DNA from: a virus
DNA length: 6,314 nucleotides
Direction: 5' to 3' (one strand)
IMG/VR virus record: IMGVR_UViG_3300020041_000065
Location: 1 to 6,314 of that record
Part shown: piece by piece, positions 6,097-6,314 of the stretch
Layout: every line of letters starts with the position of its first letter
Numbering within the stretch: position 1 is the stretch's first letter
The notes under the pieces: generated by a model
Databases searched by the model: none
What the model was told of the DNA's origin: nothing
The model's input: only the letters and a program-made list of their open reading frames with translations
Position numbers and translations under genes: made by a program

Positions 6097-6169
6097 TAAT
6101 ATTTGGAAAATTATTATCGGTGCTGTATCTGCCGCTCTTGGTTACGTTCTTAATGCTATTGGATTATGA
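6086..6169 (+). CDS. 27-aa single-pass transmembrane micro-protein (MKSNNIWKIIIGAVSAALGYVLNAIGL), candidate holin-like or membrane partner of the peptidase
   Basis: From 6097 to 6165 this is the only open + frame, and it shows the genome's T3 bias (ggt gct gta tct gcc gct ctt ggt tac gtt ctt aat gct att). ATG 6086 lies 11 nt inside the end of the 64-aa ORF. Its TGA (6167-6169) overlaps the peptidase ATG 6166 (ATGA). It has a charged N-terminus followed by about 19 hydrophobic residues. The start is uncertain: in-frame ATGs also occur at 5948 and 5981. Confidence 0.5.
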   Translation: MKSNNIWKIIIGAVSAALGYVLNAIGL

Positions 6170-6314
6170 ATTATTCTCTTATGCATTTTCTTGAGTATCT
6201 GTTGTTTTCTAATGCTCACTTTGTCGTGACCAGTGCACGTCGCACCCCTGAACAGAATAAGGCTTGTAATGGCGCTCCTAATTCTCAACATCTAATAGGC
6301 GAAGCTATTGATAT
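6166..6314 (+). CDS. Peptidase M15 family, 5' portion (same gene as 1..281; runs off the window end)
   Basis: ATG 6166 overlaps the upstream stop (ATGA). The reading frame continues through the repeat copy 6194-6314, which equals 1-121, and on to the TAA at 279-281. An alternative start is ATG 6181 (97 aa). Confidence 0.8.
   Translation, partial: MNYSLMHFLEYLLFSNAHFVVTSARRTPEQNKACNGAPNSQHLIGEAID
6194..6314. repeat. Right copy of the 121-nt terminal redundancy
   Basis: Exact match to 1-121. Confidence 0.95.

Larger units (their letters stand above)
1..6193 (+). other. One complete unit of a circular Microviridae (ssDNA phage) genome, 6193 nt
   Basis: Nt 1-121 are identical to 6194-6314 (compared base by base), so the unique unit is 6193 nt. 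The gene set (HUH Rep VP4, F-like capsid VP1, pilot VP2), all on one strand in about 6.2 kb with minimal spacers, is diagnostic of Microviridae. Confidence 0.9.

Noticed and set aside
6080-6100. Programmed +1 frameshift fusing the 64-aa ORF to the TM tail (around gtgatgaaaagtaa)
   Set aside because: An in-frame ATG (6086) provides a simpler route to the TM peptide, and no recognised +1 slippery or pause motif is evident. Start/stop overlaps are the norm in this genome.
1-6314. CRISPR arrays, rRNA genes, integrase/transposase genes, toxin-antitoxin or defence systems
   Set aside because: No spaced direct-repeat arrays and no rRNA-like conserved segments. Every sizeable ORF is accounted for by phage replication, structural or lysis functions, so nothing supports these calls.

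Overview
The window holds one complete, circularly permuted genome of a small ssDNA phage of the family Microviridae. The unique unit is 6193 nt. Nt 1-121 recur exactly at 6194-6314, so the window runs past the circle junction. All credible genes lie on the + strand, are tightly packed, and use strongly T-ending codons. In order they are: an M15-type zinc peptidase split by the window ends (6166..6314 continuing into 1..281, 102 aa); a 606-aa HUH rolling-circle replication initiator (VP4, 284..2104); a 578-aa major capsid protein (VP1/F-like, 2127..3863); a 147-aa acidic protein that may be a scaffold (3874..4317); a 388-aa pilot/minor capsid protein (VP2/H-like, 4314..5480); the only long non-coding region (5481..5901); a 64-aa ORF (5902..6096); and a 27-aa transmembrane micro-ORF (6086..6169) whose stop overlaps the peptidase start. 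The oversized VP4, near-absence of Shine-Dalgarno sequences and a Bacteroides-style promoter-like motif suggest an Alpavirinae-like phage of Bacteroidota; this is inference, not proof. Two things deserve a second look. First, the TM peptide plus M15 peptidase looks like a holin/endolysin-style lysis module, unlike the single-protein lysis of phiX174-type microviruses. Second, a ~150-nt GC-rich island (about 61% GC against about 28% in adjacent spacer) carries three stem-loops, followed by a dif-like palindrome and an ACTTG/TTAATTAA motif. These are candidates for a complementary-strand origin, terminator, recombination site or nick site. No rRNA, tRNA, CRISPR array or transposase/integrase gene is visible.
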